Below are positions 9,714-19,436 of a stretch of 44,236 nucleotides of DNA, one piece after another. The stretch covers positions 1 through 44,236 of the forward strand of contig JAPLDX010000045.1 of the NCBI GenBank assembly GCA_026391215.1. The letters run 5' to 3'. The DNA is from Bacteroidia bacterium. GTDB taxonomy: Bacteria; Bacteroidota; Bacteroidia; Bacteroidales; VadinHA17. The translations under genes were made by a program, and so were the position numbers. How positions within the stretch are numbered: position 1 is the first letter of the stretch; the number at the start of each line of letters is the position of its first letter. The notes beneath the pieces are model-generated. The model was not told the origin of the DNA, did no database searches, and saw only the letters and a list, made by a program, of their open reading frames with translations.

Positions 9714-9832
9714 GATAATAAATACAAAAACTCACGAAAATTTTATTGCGTATGACAGTAATGACCGTAATAAATTGTTATCACAATCAGCTTAAAAAGG
9801 TTTACATTTACGTATATTCAATTTCTTTTCTG

Positions 9833-10396
9833 ATGGAGTATTCTGATCAGAAACTAATTTCAGCTGTACAAAATGGAGATCTTTCGGCATATGAAGAACT
9901 CTTCAAGAAGTATTATGTATACCTCTGTTTTGTTTCCGAGCATATCATCAGGAGTCATGCTGATGCTGAAGAAATAGTATCTGATGTATTTGTGAGGTTG
10001 TGGAATTTAAGAGAAAGGACTGAAATAATTTCATCGGTCAAGGGATACCTGATCAGGGCTGTTCACAATGCTTCGCTGAATTACATTGAACAGAATGCAG
10101 TAAGGCTGAAGTCTACCGGAAGACTCAGCAGTTCTGACCTGAAAGTACTTGCATGGGACAGCGACTATCCTCTCGGCCATCTTTATGAAAAAGAGTTACA
10201 GGATATTCTTACAAATTGCATTAATGAGCTTCCTGAAGCCTGCAGGGAAATATTCCTGATGAGCCGCGATAAGGAAATGAAATACACTGATATCTCAAAA
10301 AAGCTGGATATTTCGGTAAATACTGTAAAGTCGCAGCTTAAGATCGCCCTTTCCCGCCTCCGCGAGGCTGTCAGAAACTACCGCACTTCATATTGA
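9833..10396 (+). CDS. ECF sigma-70 factor (Bacteroidota PUL-type)
   Basis: Region 2 AYEELFKKYY...DAEEIVSDVFVRLW, region 4 LPEACREIFLMSR...KYTDISKKLDISVNTVKSQLKIAL. Likely start at ATG 9833. Followed by fecR. Confidence 0.93.
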   Translation: MEYSDQKLISAVQNGDLSAYEELFKKYYVYLCFVSEHIIRSHADAEEIVSDVFVRLWNLRERTEIISSVKGYLIRAVHNASLNYIEQNAVRLKSTGRLSSSDLKVLAWDSDYPLGHLYEKELQDILTNCINELPEACREIFLMSRDKEMKYTDISKKLDISVNTVKSQLKIALSRLREAVRNYRTSY

Positions 10397-10481
10397 ACTC
10401 ATGAATTCCTGATAAAAATATTTGTCAGTGCTTTCACCCTGTTCTTAGTTTTTCCTGTCTTTATATTCAGTTATTATTTCT

Positions 10482-11645
10482 ATGGAAACTACGCAAAACA
10501 AAAGAACAGAAGAAGATCTGATCTGCGACTACCTGAAAGGTGATTTAACCCCTGAAGAGACCAGGGAGTTGATAGATTGGATCAAACTTGACAAGGCCAA
10601 TAAGCAGACTTTCGATGAATGCTGCGAACTTTGGATAACATCCAGGTCTATATCAAAAAATCCGGGCTATAATGCCCAGGAGGGATTCTGGAAATTCAGA
10701 CAAAGGATCATAAAAAGTGATCAGCAGGTGACAATCCCGTCAAAGAACAGGTTCTTAACGACAGCGATCAGATATGCTGCCATATTTATAATTGCCTTCT
10801 TAGCAGGAGGATTTTTATTCTATCAATTTGGTCACAGAAGTTCTTCCATGTCGGCACAAGGTAAAAGTGAGCTGGTTGTCCCGATGGGATCAAGAGCCCA
10901 GTTCACACTTGAGGATGGTACGGTAGTAACTCTTAATGCAGGGAGTACATTAAAAACCGATAACCGTTTTGGTATTAACGACAGGGTTGTAGAGCTTGAA
11001 GGAGAAGGATATTTCAAAGTGGCAAAAGACAAGTTGAGACCATTTATTGTAAAAACTCCATATCTGAAAGTCACGGCTCTGGGAACCGAATTCAATGTAA
11101 AGGCTTATTCCATCGATAAGACAATCGAAACAACACTGGTAAATGGTTCTGTAAAAGTCGAATCTATTTCAGATATCAGCAATGGTGAGATTACCATACT
11201 TCAACCGAATCAGAAGCTAACATTTTACAAGGAAGATTCCAGAATTGAGGATAATTCAACAAAGCCTGCCGGAAAATCGCACACCGAAATTAAACCGGTA
11301 AAGGTGCAGAATACAGCTTCGGCAGTAAGGCTTGTGAAGGAAAATGTAAATATTGAACCAGTGGTATCGTGGAAAGAGAACCGGTGGATATTTGAAAATC
11401 AAAGCCTTTCACAGATGGCTGTTGATCTGGAGCGTAAATTTGATGTTCAGATACTCTTTACATCTGAACGGCTAAAGTCTTACAGGTTCACCGGGACGAT
11501 CCTTGCCGAGCCTATTGAACAGGTTCTGGAGGTGATGAGCATTACATCGCCCATCGATTTCAAACTGAACGGAAGGGTAGTCACCTTATCCGAAGACAAG
11601 GATTTAATAGAAGTAAACAAAAAACTTTATACACAACCTAAATAA
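10482..11645 (+). CDS. FecR-family anti-sigma factor
   Basis: N-terminal sigma-binding helices, one TM segment (YAAIFIIAFLAGGFLF), LEDGTVVTLNAGS, LEGEGYFKV, LGTEFNVKAY and a C-terminal DUF4974-like region. Confidence 0.93.
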   Translation: METTQNKRTEEDLICDYLKGDLTPEETRELIDWIKLDKANKQTFDECCELWITSRSISKNPGYNAQEGFWKFRQRIIKSDQQVTIPSKNRFLTTAIRYAAIFIIAFLAGGFLFYQFGHRSSSMSAQGKSELVVPMGSRAQFTLEDGTVVTLNAGSTLKTDNRFGINDRVVELEGEGYFKVAKDKLRPFIVKTPYLKVTALGTEFNVKAYSIDKTIETTLVNGSVKVESISDISNGEITILQPNQKLTFYKEDSRIEDNSTKPAGKSHTEIKPVKVQNTASAVRLVKENVNIEPVVSWKENRWIFENQSLSQMAVDLERKFDVQILFTSERLKSYRFTGTILAEPIEQVLEVMSITSPIDFKLNGRVVTLSEDKDLIEVNKKLYTQPK

Positions 11646-11666
11646 CTGAACTTTAAGAAACTGCCT

Positions 11667-11774
11667 ATGAAGAAAAACAGGAAGCATTGTTAAACAAAGC
11701 GCAGGATCGATAAATCCTGCGCCCGGTTTTTAGAAATTTTAACCAATGTTGCTTTCTTCAGGAGAAACATTGGT
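11667..11774 (+). promoter_or_regulatory. Structured susC leader (two hairpins plus an 8-codon uORF)
   Basis: Perfect 9-bp stem GCGCAGGAT/ATCCTGCGC (11699-11722) followed by ccggTTTTT. Perfect 9-bp stem ACCAATGTT/AACATTGGT (11742-11774). ATG at 11667 encodes MKKNRKHC*. Confidence 0.5.
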
Positions 11775-11803
11775 ATGTTAAACTTTAAAAACATTCCAAA
11801 AGT

Positions 11804-14800
11804 ATGAAAAAAAAACCTCAAAACCTTATTCCGCCGTCTTATCCGGGAATAAAAAAACTTCTGCTGACAATGAAACTAACTCTAATCCTAATCATTATCA
11901 CCGTCCTGCAGGTAAGCGCAAATGTTTATTCGCAGACCAGTGTAACACTGGATATGAAAGATAAATCCATTCGCGATGTGCTGAAAACAATTGAACAGCA
12001 GACAGAAATCAGGTTCTTCTTTAGTGATGATCTGCTGGCAATGAATGACCTGATTGATGTAAAAGCAGAAAACAGAAATATCATCAGTGTTCTTGATGAT
12101 CTTTTTATTCAATCGCCCCTGACCTACAAAGCATATGAGAATAACCTGATTGTTATAGTCCCGAAGAACTTTCTCCAGCAGAAAAAGATCACAGGTATTA
12201 TAACAGATAAGTCAGGCGCTCCTTTAGCAGGTGTAAATATACGGGCAACAGGAACGGCTGTCGGAGTCATCTCAGATACTGACGGCAAATATTCAATTGA
12301 TGTTCCTGTTGACGCAAGAACGTTGACATTCACATTTGTAGGAATGGAAACGCAGGAAGTACTGATAGGCGACAGAATCCAGATAGATATCACCATGGAG
12401 GAATCGGCTATTGGCCTTGAAGAAGTGGTGGTGGTTGGATATGGAACCCAGAGGAAGAGTGATATTACCGGCTCTGTAGTTTCAGTTTCGAACGAAGAAA
12501 TAACCGCCCGCCCTGTAACCAACGTATTCCAGGCCCTCCAGGGTAAAGCAGCAGGTGTCGATATTACCACCTCACTGCGTCCTGGTGAATTGGGGAGAAT
12601 TTATATTCGGGGTGCACGTTCACTCACCGCATCCAATTCGCCTCTTTATGTTGTTGACGGTATTCCCATTATGTCGGGTTCCGGGATTGAAACACTGAAC
12701 GAGCAGGATATAGAATCCATAGAGATACTGAAAGACGCCTCGGCAACCGCTATCTACGGTTCGAGGGGCGCTAACGGAGTTGTGCTTGTAACAACAAAAC
12801 GCGGTACCGACGGACAATTTCAGCTTAACTACTCGGGTTCGCTTACCAACGAAAAGATGATCTGGCGTTCGGGTTACATGGACGTGGCGGAGTTCATGGA
12901 ATTCTCGCGCTGGGGTGCATATTATGCATCTTATGTTCCAGCCACCGGGATATACTCAAGAGTGCCGGGTAACGCGCCAACCCTTGCCAACGATGGCACT
13001 ATTAATTATTTTACAGCCGAACCCGTTGCATGGCAGAACATCCAGAAAGGATGGGCAAGCGGCACATGGGATCCCTCGCAAGTCGAAACATTCGACTGGT
13101 TGGGACAGGTAACGCAGCCTACCTATACCCAGGAGCATACCCTCAGCGCGAGCGGTGGTACAAAAACAATGAAGGCTTACGGTTCAATAGGTTACCTGAA
13201 CAACCAGGGTACGACAAAAGGACAGGAGTACCAGCGTTACACCCTAAGGACAAATGTAGAGCTTAACCCGAAGGATTGGATAACATTTGGAGCCGGTGTC
13301 AACGGATCATGGCAGTATCAGGATTACGGTCAGAGCAGAACAGGAGGAAGCTCCAACGTGACTGCTGACCTGATTGCGGCAGCAGCAAGGATTGAGCCTT
13401 ATTCCCTTCCTTATGATGCAGATGGAAACCGTATCGTTCATCCCGGGGGAAAGGCACGCGTGTGGAATGTTATAGACGAATGGAAATATTCGACCAACCA
13501 GCGTGAGACTCTGCGTCTCCTCGGCTCTCTCTTTGCAGAAGTGAAGCTGCCTTTAGGCATCAGGTACCGTTTGAACTTCGGCCCCGACTTCCGCTTCTAC
13601 AGGAACGGCTATTATAACGACTCCAAGTCAATTGTAAGGGAACTCAGCGCTTCCAATGCAAGTGTCTCTAATACGAAAGATTTCTCCTACACTATCGATA
13701 ACCTCCTTTATTACGACAATAAATTCGGTGCCCATACAATAGGGGCAACTCTGCTTCAGACGGCATCGAAATGGACCAGCGAATCGTCGGCAATTGCAGG
13801 GCAGGGTATCCAGGTGCCAAGCCAGATGTGGTACGCCTTAGGTAACCTTACCAGCGCCCAGCTCACATCCTGGAGCTCCGGACTTACGGAACGCCAGCTG
13901 GCATCTTATATGGCACGCGTAAATTACAATTATGCCAACAAATACCTGCTTACATTATCAGGCCGCTGGGATGGCGCTTCACAGCTTGCAGAAGGTAAAA
14001 AATGGGCATTCTTCCCGAGCGCTGCCATAGCATGGCGTTTAGACCAGGAGAGCTTCCTGGATAGGATCACATGGCTCGACCAGCTAAAACTGCGTTTAGG
14101 CGTCGGTACAGTAGGTAACTCTGCTGTAAATCTTTACTCAACAAAGGGCTCTATCAACCAGGTTACAGTACCTTTTGGCACTGGAACCGAGTCCGGTTAT
14201 ACACTTACAAACACTGTTGCAAACCCTGAACTTGGATGGGAAAAGACAACCCAGTACAACCTTGCTGTCGATTTCTCTGTCATGAAAGGGAGAGTTAACG
14301 GGACCATCGAAGCTTACAGGTCATCTACTACCGATCTTCTTTTAACTGTAGCTCTTCCAAGCGTTTCGGGCTTTACCTCGACAATTGCAAATGTCGGTGA
14401 AACAAGCAACAGGGGTATAGAATTCACTATTAATTCCAACATTATCGAAAAAAGCGACTTCTCATGGCGCATTAATGCAACTGCCGCATGGCAGAGGGAC
14501 CAGATAGAATCGCTGATGAACGGCAAGGAGGATATGGTTGCAGATACATTGTTCATAGGCGAACCGATAAAGGTAATATATGATTATGAAAGGATCGGCA
14601 TCTGGCAGGATACGCCTGAAGACCAGGCAGAGATGGCACTTTTCAATGCCAACGGATCTCAATTTGCCCCTGGTAAAATAAGGGTCAAAGACCAGAATGG
14701 CGACTATCGTATCGACGGCAACTACGACAGGGTTATTATAGGCAACACACGCCCGCTCTGGACACTAGGACTCACAAATACTTTCAGTTATAAAGGTATC

Positions 14801-15193
14801 GAGCTGTCTGCGTTCCTAACCGGGCGCCTCAAATACATGTCAGGCGTAGGCGAAGCCCTCACAGGCATGTATGGCGACCAGCGCGTAGTTGATTACTGGA
14901 CACCCGATAATACCGGTGCTGAATACCAGAGGCCGTTTATGAGCGAGGCAGGCGGTGACACTTATGCCAGCACCTATTATAAAGATGATTCATGGATCAA
15001 GATCAGAAACATATCGCTGGGATACCAGTTGCCAATGAGCCTGCTGGGCAAGGTTAAGATAAACAGCCTGCGGGTCTATGCACAGATACAGAATGCCGGC
15101 ATGCTCTGGTCGCGGAATAACTTCCGGGATGCCGAATATAACACTCTCTATTTTAACCGCGGGTATGTATTCGGTATCAACGTGGGATTCTGA
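11804..15193 (+). CDS. susC: SusC/RagA TonB-dependent transporter with N-terminal STN signalling extension
   Basis: STN-like domain (TLDMKDKSIRDVLKTIEQQTEIRFF), CarboxypepD_reg-like domain, VVVGYGTQRK, DIESIEILKDASATAIYGSRGANGVVLVTTKRG, NPELGWEKT and terminal Phe. Confidence 0.96.
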   Translation: MKKKPQNLIPPSYPGIKKLLLTMKLTLILIIITVLQVSANVYSQTSVTLDMKDKSIRDVLKTIEQQTEIRFFFSDDLLAMNDLIDVKAENRNIISVLDDLFIQSPLTYKAYENNLIVIVPKNFLQQKKITGIITDKSGAPLAGVNIRATGTAVGVISDTDGKYSIDVPVDARTLTFTFVGMETQEVLIGDRIQIDITMEESAIGLEEVVVVGYGTQRKSDITGSVVSVSNEEITARPVTNVFQALQGKAAGVDITTSLRPGELGRIYIRGARSLTASNSPLYVVDGIPIMSGSGIETLNEQDIESIEILKDASATAIYGSRGANGVVLVTTKRGTDGQFQLNYSGSLTNEKMIWRSGYMDVAEFMEFSRWGAYYASYVPATGIYSRVPGNAPTLANDGTINYFTAEPVAWQNIQKGWASGTWDPSQVETFDWLGQVTQPTYTQEHTLSASGGTKTMKAYGSIGYLNNQGTTKGQEYQRYTLRTNVELNPKDWITFGAGVNGSWQYQDYGQSRTGGSSNVTADLIAAAARIEPYSLPYDADGNRIVHPGGKARVWNVIDEWKYSTNQRETLRLLGSLFAEVKLPLGIRYRLNFGPDFRFYRNGYYNDSKSIVRELSASNASVSNTKDFSYTIDNLLYYDNKFGAHTIGATLLQTASKWTSESSAIAGQGIQVPSQMWYALGNLTSAQLTSWSSGLTERQLASYMARVNYNYANKYLLTLSGRWDGASQLAEGKKWAFFPSAAIAWRLDQESFLDRITWLDQLKLRLGVGTVGNSAVNLYSTKGSINQVTVPFGTGTESGYTLTNTVANPELGWEKTTQYNLAVDFSVMKGRVNGTIEAYRSSTTDLLLTVALPSVSGFTSTIANVGETSNRGIEFTINSNIIEKSDFSWRINATAAWQRDQIESLMNGKEDMVADTLFIGEPIKVIYDYERIGIWQDTPEDQAEMALFNANGSQFAPGKIRVKDQNGDYRIDGNYDRVIIGNTRPLWTLGLTNTFSYKGIELSAFLTGRLKYMSGVGEALTGMYGDQRVVDYWTPDNTGAEYQRPFMSEAGGDTYASTYYKDDSWIKIRNISLGYQLPMSLLGKVKINSLRVYAQIQNAGMLWSRNNFRDAEYNTLYFNRGYVFGINVGF

Positions 15194-15236
15194 GAAAGTA
15201 CTGAATGAATTTTAACCATTTAAGAAAATACACGAT

Positions 15237-17291
15237 ATGAATAAGTCAATAAAAATCATTTTAGCGCTTTGTGCAATTATCCTCCTTGTATCAGGTATCA
15301 TCTCATGCAAAAAGGATTTTCTCGACGAAGAGCTGAAAACCCAGAGAAGCACCGATTATTTTAAAACTGCCGAAGGGATTGCGGACCTCTCCGATGCATT
15401 GTACAACCACTACAGGAATTTCTTTATGGGCAGGGAGCAGTCAGTTTCCACTAACGCATGCGGTACTGACGAATTTATTGTAGGAGGCGACCAGGCTCAA
15501 CAGACATGGAACGATTATAACTCCAACCTGGGTTCCATAGTTCCTAATGTTCCAACCTCCAATGTTACAAAAACCTATGAGATATGGGACATGATGTACA
15601 AGGCCATCGCCGATGCCAACATGCTTCTTGCAAATGTCGATGCCGTTATAACGGATGCCGGTAAAAACAGTCTTTATAAAGCCGAAGCGTCGTTCCTTCG
15701 CGCGTTCTCATATTTCAGGCTTGTACAGCAGTACGGACCTGTTGTGCTGACACTGAAGCCATCCTCAGGTGTTGAGAGGTACTTTGTACGCGCAACGAAA
15801 GAGGAGTGTGTTAACCAGATCATTGCCGATTTCAGGACAGCATACGCAGGGCTTCCTGATGCAGAAGCCCTGGAGGGAAAGCTTTACAAGGATGTGGCAG
15901 CCCACTTCCTGTCAAAGGCGCTCCTGTACAGGTGTTCTGAAATAAACGACGACTGGAATTCCTCGTACAAAACAGCAGACCTTGCAGAAGTAATAACACT
16001 AGCTGACGAGGTTATTGCACATCGTACGCTTGCAACCAATTTTTCCGATATTTTCGCCTACACGGGGTCTGACGGCGCAAACGAGAAACTCCCTGAGGTG
16101 ATTTTTGCCGCACAGTTCTCAAGCACAACTACCGTTGCTAATGATGGTAACGGAAACTACAACCATCTTCTTTTTCTTTCGGTATATCAAACACTTACAG
16201 GTTTTGTACGTGATATAGCCGGAGGGCGCGAGTACCAGAGATGCAGGACAAATGAATACGCATACAGTGTATTCGACATGGAGAACGATTCACGCTTCTG
16301 GAAAAGCTTTAAAACTAAGGCAAACCTTAACAATATTTCAAATCTTGCCCAGCTTAACGGAACAGACCCTAATACAAGTACAACTGTAACTTATGCACAG
16401 GGTGACCTGGGATTGATCTACATTATCAATAAGACGGGCGACACCAGGTTTAGTGATCCTACTGCAGGAGGAACCCCGAAGGTAAAAAGTACACATACCG
16501 GAGTCTATTTCAATAATCCTGTAACTGGTAAACCCACACCCCATTCCTACCCACGGTACCTTGCCAATGGCAACGGTTACTTAAGCTTACCCGGAAATGT
16601 CAGCAGGTTCCCGTCGCTCAGCAAATGGCTTGACGGATCCCGCACAGCAGTTGCTGCAACTGCCGGCCGCCGCGATGGAATATATGCAAGGGTAGCCGAG
16701 ACATATCTCATTAAAGCTGAAGCTCTTATCCGCCAGGGCAAATATACTGAGGCCATCACGGTCATAAATATTATCCGTGCACGCGCACAGTTCAAGGACG
16801 GTGAAAACAGGTCTGCATACAGGGATGGAGGCGCCGCTGTTCTTACCAATTCAAATGCACCGCTGAATGCAAACGGTGTATTGATAAATTCGTATTGCAT
16901 TTCAAATTCATACTACGAATCGCTCAATATACCTGTATCAACAGCTGCCACGGACATTACCACCGGGATCACCCCGGCAAGCCTTCCGGCTGTTGACGAG
17001 GCCATTATAACAACACTCAGCCTTTCAAGCTCCTACGACAGGATGATGTGCTTCCTTCTCAACGAGCGTTCACGCGAGCTCTACGGTGAGCTTTACCGCT
17101 GGGAAGACCTTGCCCGCACTAAAACGCTTATAAGCCGAGCCAAGACTTACAACGCAGGATCAGTCGCGGCTCTCGTGGAGAAGCATTACCTGCGCCCGTT
17201 ACCGCAGACTTTCCTCGATGCTATTTATAATGCTGAGGGGAAAGCACTTACTGCTGATGAAAAAGCAGCTATGCAAAATCCAGGCTATTAA
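15237..17291 (+). CDS. susD: SusD/RagB surface glycan-binding lipoprotein
   Basis: Lipobox IISC followed by KKDFLDE. AEASFLRAFSYFRLVQQYG, RVAETYLIKAEA, ERSRELYGE..RWEDLAR and terminal QNPGY. Confidence 0.95.
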   Translation: MNKSIKIILALCAIILLVSGIISCKKDFLDEELKTQRSTDYFKTAEGIADLSDALYNHYRNFFMGREQSVSTNACGTDEFIVGGDQAQQTWNDYNSNLGSIVPNVPTSNVTKTYEIWDMMYKAIADANMLLANVDAVITDAGKNSLYKAEASFLRAFSYFRLVQQYGPVVLTLKPSSGVERYFVRATKEECVNQIIADFRTAYAGLPDAEALEGKLYKDVAAHFLSKALLYRCSEINDDWNSSYKTADLAEVITLADEVIAHRTLATNFSDIFAYTGSDGANEKLPEVIFAAQFSSTTTVANDGNGNYNHLLFLSVYQTLTGFVRDIAGGREYQRCRTNEYAYSVFDMENDSRFWKSFKTKANLNNISNLAQLNGTDPNTSTTVTYAQGDLGLIYIINKTGDTRFSDPTAGGTPKVKSTHTGVYFNNPVTGKPTPHSYPRYLANGNGYLSLPGNVSRFPSLSKWLDGSRTAVAATAGRRDGIYARVAETYLIKAEALIRQGKYTEAITVINIIRARAQFKDGENRSAYRDGGAAVLTNSNAPLNANGVLINSYCISNSYYESLNIPVSTAATDITTGITPASLPAVDEAIITTLSLSSSYDRMMCFLLNERSRELYGELYRWEDLARTKTLISRAKTYNAGSVAALVEKHYLRPLPQTFLDAIYNAEGKALTADEKAAMQNPGY

Positions 17292-17332
17292 CAGATAACA
17301 CTTCCAGGTTAGATTAGGGTGATTAGCAAACG

Positions 17333-17368
17333 AGGTATGGAGGTCTATTTTGCCTCCATACCTTTTTT
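17333..17368 (+). terminator. Rho-independent terminator after susD
   Basis: 11-bp stem AGGTATGGAGG / CCTCCATACCT followed by a T tract. Confidence 0.85.
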
Positions 17369-17375
17369 ATAGTTG

Positions 17376-19304
17376 TTACCTTGAAAAGAGATCAGCTTCT
17401 CTCCAGCTGAGGAGATGCTTGTCGTCCATTATGATCTTATTATGATCGAGGAGCCAGCGCAACACTTTTATAACTTTTTCCTCAGGATGACTGATCTTGC
17501 TCACAAGTTCCCTGGCATCTGGTTTCTGCAGCACCAGCACATCCTTGATCTCATCAAGTATCAGGTCAAATTCATATTTGCTGAGATCAAGCTCGTTTCT
17601 TTCCCGGCAGACATCACAGATACCGCATCTGTCAGATTCCTCGCCGAAATAATCGAGAAGGATAACCGACCTGCATCTTGTATTATAATCTGCATAGTCA
17701 ATCATCTTGTTAAGTCTGGTTACATGCTTTTCCTTCACATGCAGATAATTATCAGGCGAGATCTTCAGCGCTTTCCTTTCAAGCCTCTCTTCGGTAAAAA
17801 TCACAAGTGCAGTTTTCTTTCCCGGAATATAACTTATTATCTTAAGAGTAGCCAGTTTCACGAGGAACCTGTAAACTGCATCGCGTGATAATGCAGATTT
17901 TTTGGAAAGAACCTCTTCATTTATTGCTACAAATTCAGTGAACATCCCGGTATAGGACCTTAAAAGCAGCTTAATGAATCCGTCAAATGCTTCATTTGCT
18001 ACCTGGAATTTATAAAGATCGTCGCGGCCGACAATAAAATGGACCCTGGACGGGTTATTGATCTCTTCAGTGAATTCAATATATCCTTCCCTCTGCAGAA
18101 AACTCAGGCTGTTGTAAGTCTCAATGACCGGGAACCTGTACTTTGAAATAAAATCGTATATATTGAAGTCAAATACGTTGTCTTTTCCGGAACCCTGTGG
18201 AACCTGCAGAAAATTGCAAAGAGCTTCGTAGGTGTCTTTAATTTTTTCAACCGGCGGAAATTTATGTTTAACTGAATCTTCCAGCCGTTTCTTGTCTGCA
18301 GGAGAATAAAGTAAAACGGCAAATGCTGGTTTGCTGTCACGGCCGGCCCTCCCGCTTTCCTGGAAATAGTCTTCAATGGATTCCGGCATATCCCAGTGAA
18401 TCACAAATCTCACTTCAGCTTTATCGATGCCCATTCCGAAAGCATTCGTGGCAACGATGACACGTGTTTCACCTGTTGTCCATGAAATCTGCTTTTTATC
18501 TCTGAGCTCAACAGGCAGGCCTGCATGATAGAAATCTGCACTGATACCATTTGCCACCAGCAATTCTGCAATCTCTTTACTTTTTTTCCTGTTTCTTACA
18601 TATACTATCCCGCTGCCTTTAATCTTGTGAAGGGTTTTAACCAGGTAGGTTCCCTTATCATCAACCTTTCTTACCAGGTAAGAGATATTTTTCCTTTCAA
18701 AACTTGTCCTGAGAACATTTTTCCCCCTGAATCTGAGCTTTTGTGTTATATCGTCAATAACCGGAGCTGTAGCAGAAGCGGTCAGCGCCAGGAACGGAAC
18801 CTTTTCCGAAATATGGTCACGGATTGATGCAATCTTAAGATATGACGGCCTGAAATCATAACCCCATTGTGAAATGCAATGTGCCTCATCAACAGCCACC
18901 AGGTTCAGGTTAAGACGCGGCAGTCTTGCCTGGAATATCCTTGTTGAGATCCTTTCAGGAGAAATATACAGGAACTTGTAATTGCCGTAAATGCTGTTCT
19001 CCAATGCAATATCTATTTCCTCTGCTGACATTCCTGAATGTATAGCCAGGGACTTTATTTCAAGAGTGTTAAGTCGGTTTACCTGGTCTTTCATAAGGGC
19101 TATCAGCGGTGTTATCACAAGGCAGATACCTTCATTTACCAGTGCCGGTACCTGGAATGTGATTGATTTCCCCCCTCCTGTGGGCATAAGCCCCAGGGTA
19201 TCCTTTCCCTCTGCCACGGATCTTATGATATCCTCCTGCAAGGGACGGAATGAAGTGAATCCCCAGTATTTGGTCAAAATCTGCCTGTAAGGTTCTATAT
19301 TCAT
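17376..19304 (-). CDS. RecQ-family ATP-dependent DNA helicase (no HRDC domain evident)
   Basis: MPTGGGKS, VDEAHCISQWGYDFRPSY, ATNAFGMGIDK, QESGRAGRD, Zn-binding CR...YFGE...CGICDVC. The start is placed at ATG 19304, downstream of a TATTTTTG box at 19329-19336. Confidence 0.92.
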   Translation of the reverse strand: MNIEPYRQILTKYWGFTSFRPLQEDIIRSVAEGKDTLGLMPTGGGKSITFQVPALVNEGICLVITPLIALMKDQVNRLNTLEIKSLAIHSGMSAEEIDIALENSIYGNYKFLYISPERISTRIFQARLPRLNLNLVAVDEAHCISQWGYDFRPSYLKIASIRDHISEKVPFLALTASATAPVIDDITQKLRFRGKNVLRTSFERKNISYLVRKVDDKGTYLVKTLHKIKGSGIVYVRNRKKSKEIAELLVANGISADFYHAGLPVELRDKKQISWTTGETRVIVATNAFGMGIDKAEVRFVIHWDMPESIEDYFQESGRAGRDSKPAFAVLLYSPADKKRLEDSVKHKFPPVEKIKDTYEALCNFLQVPQGSGKDNVFDFNIYDFISKYRFPVIETYNSLSFLQREGYIEFTEEINNPSRVHFIVGRDDLYKFQVANEAFDGFIKLLLRSYTGMFTEFVAINEEVLSKKSALSRDAVYRFLVKLATLKIISYIPGKKTALVIFTEERLERKALKISPDNYLHVKEKHVTRLNKMIDYADYNTRCRSVILLDYFGEESDRCGICDVCRERNELDLSKYEFDLILDEIKDVLVLQKPDARELVSKISHPEEKVIKVLRWLLDHNKIIMDDKHLLSWREADLFSR

Positions 19305-19436
19305 ATATCCGGGAAAAGAAGCCTTATACAAAAATAGCAACTGTAATTCAATTTTTTATGAAACCTGATAGAATGAATGTATGTAGGAGTTGCGAATTTT
19401 TCGTAATTTGCGCAGCAAAACTTAAAATTCTGTCCG

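Noticed and set aside
12124-12570. Antisense and alternate-frame ORFs of 60-160 aa (for example 12124-12570, 17415-17888, 19505-19976, 28770-29216, 32356-33052, 37458-37928, 40168-40602)
   Set aside because: All lie within or largely overlap well-supported genes, lack recognisable motifs and look like codon-bias shadows.
11804-17291. Invertible susC/susD shufflon
   Set aside because: There is only one susC/susD pair, no recombinase gene, and I saw no flanking inverted repeats in the window.
19305-19436. Purine riboswitch or clear promoter upstream of guaB
   Set aside because: The spacer is short and AT-rich with no recognisable three-stem aptamer. CGTAATTTG is one base off the TAnnTTTG spacing, so it was not called.
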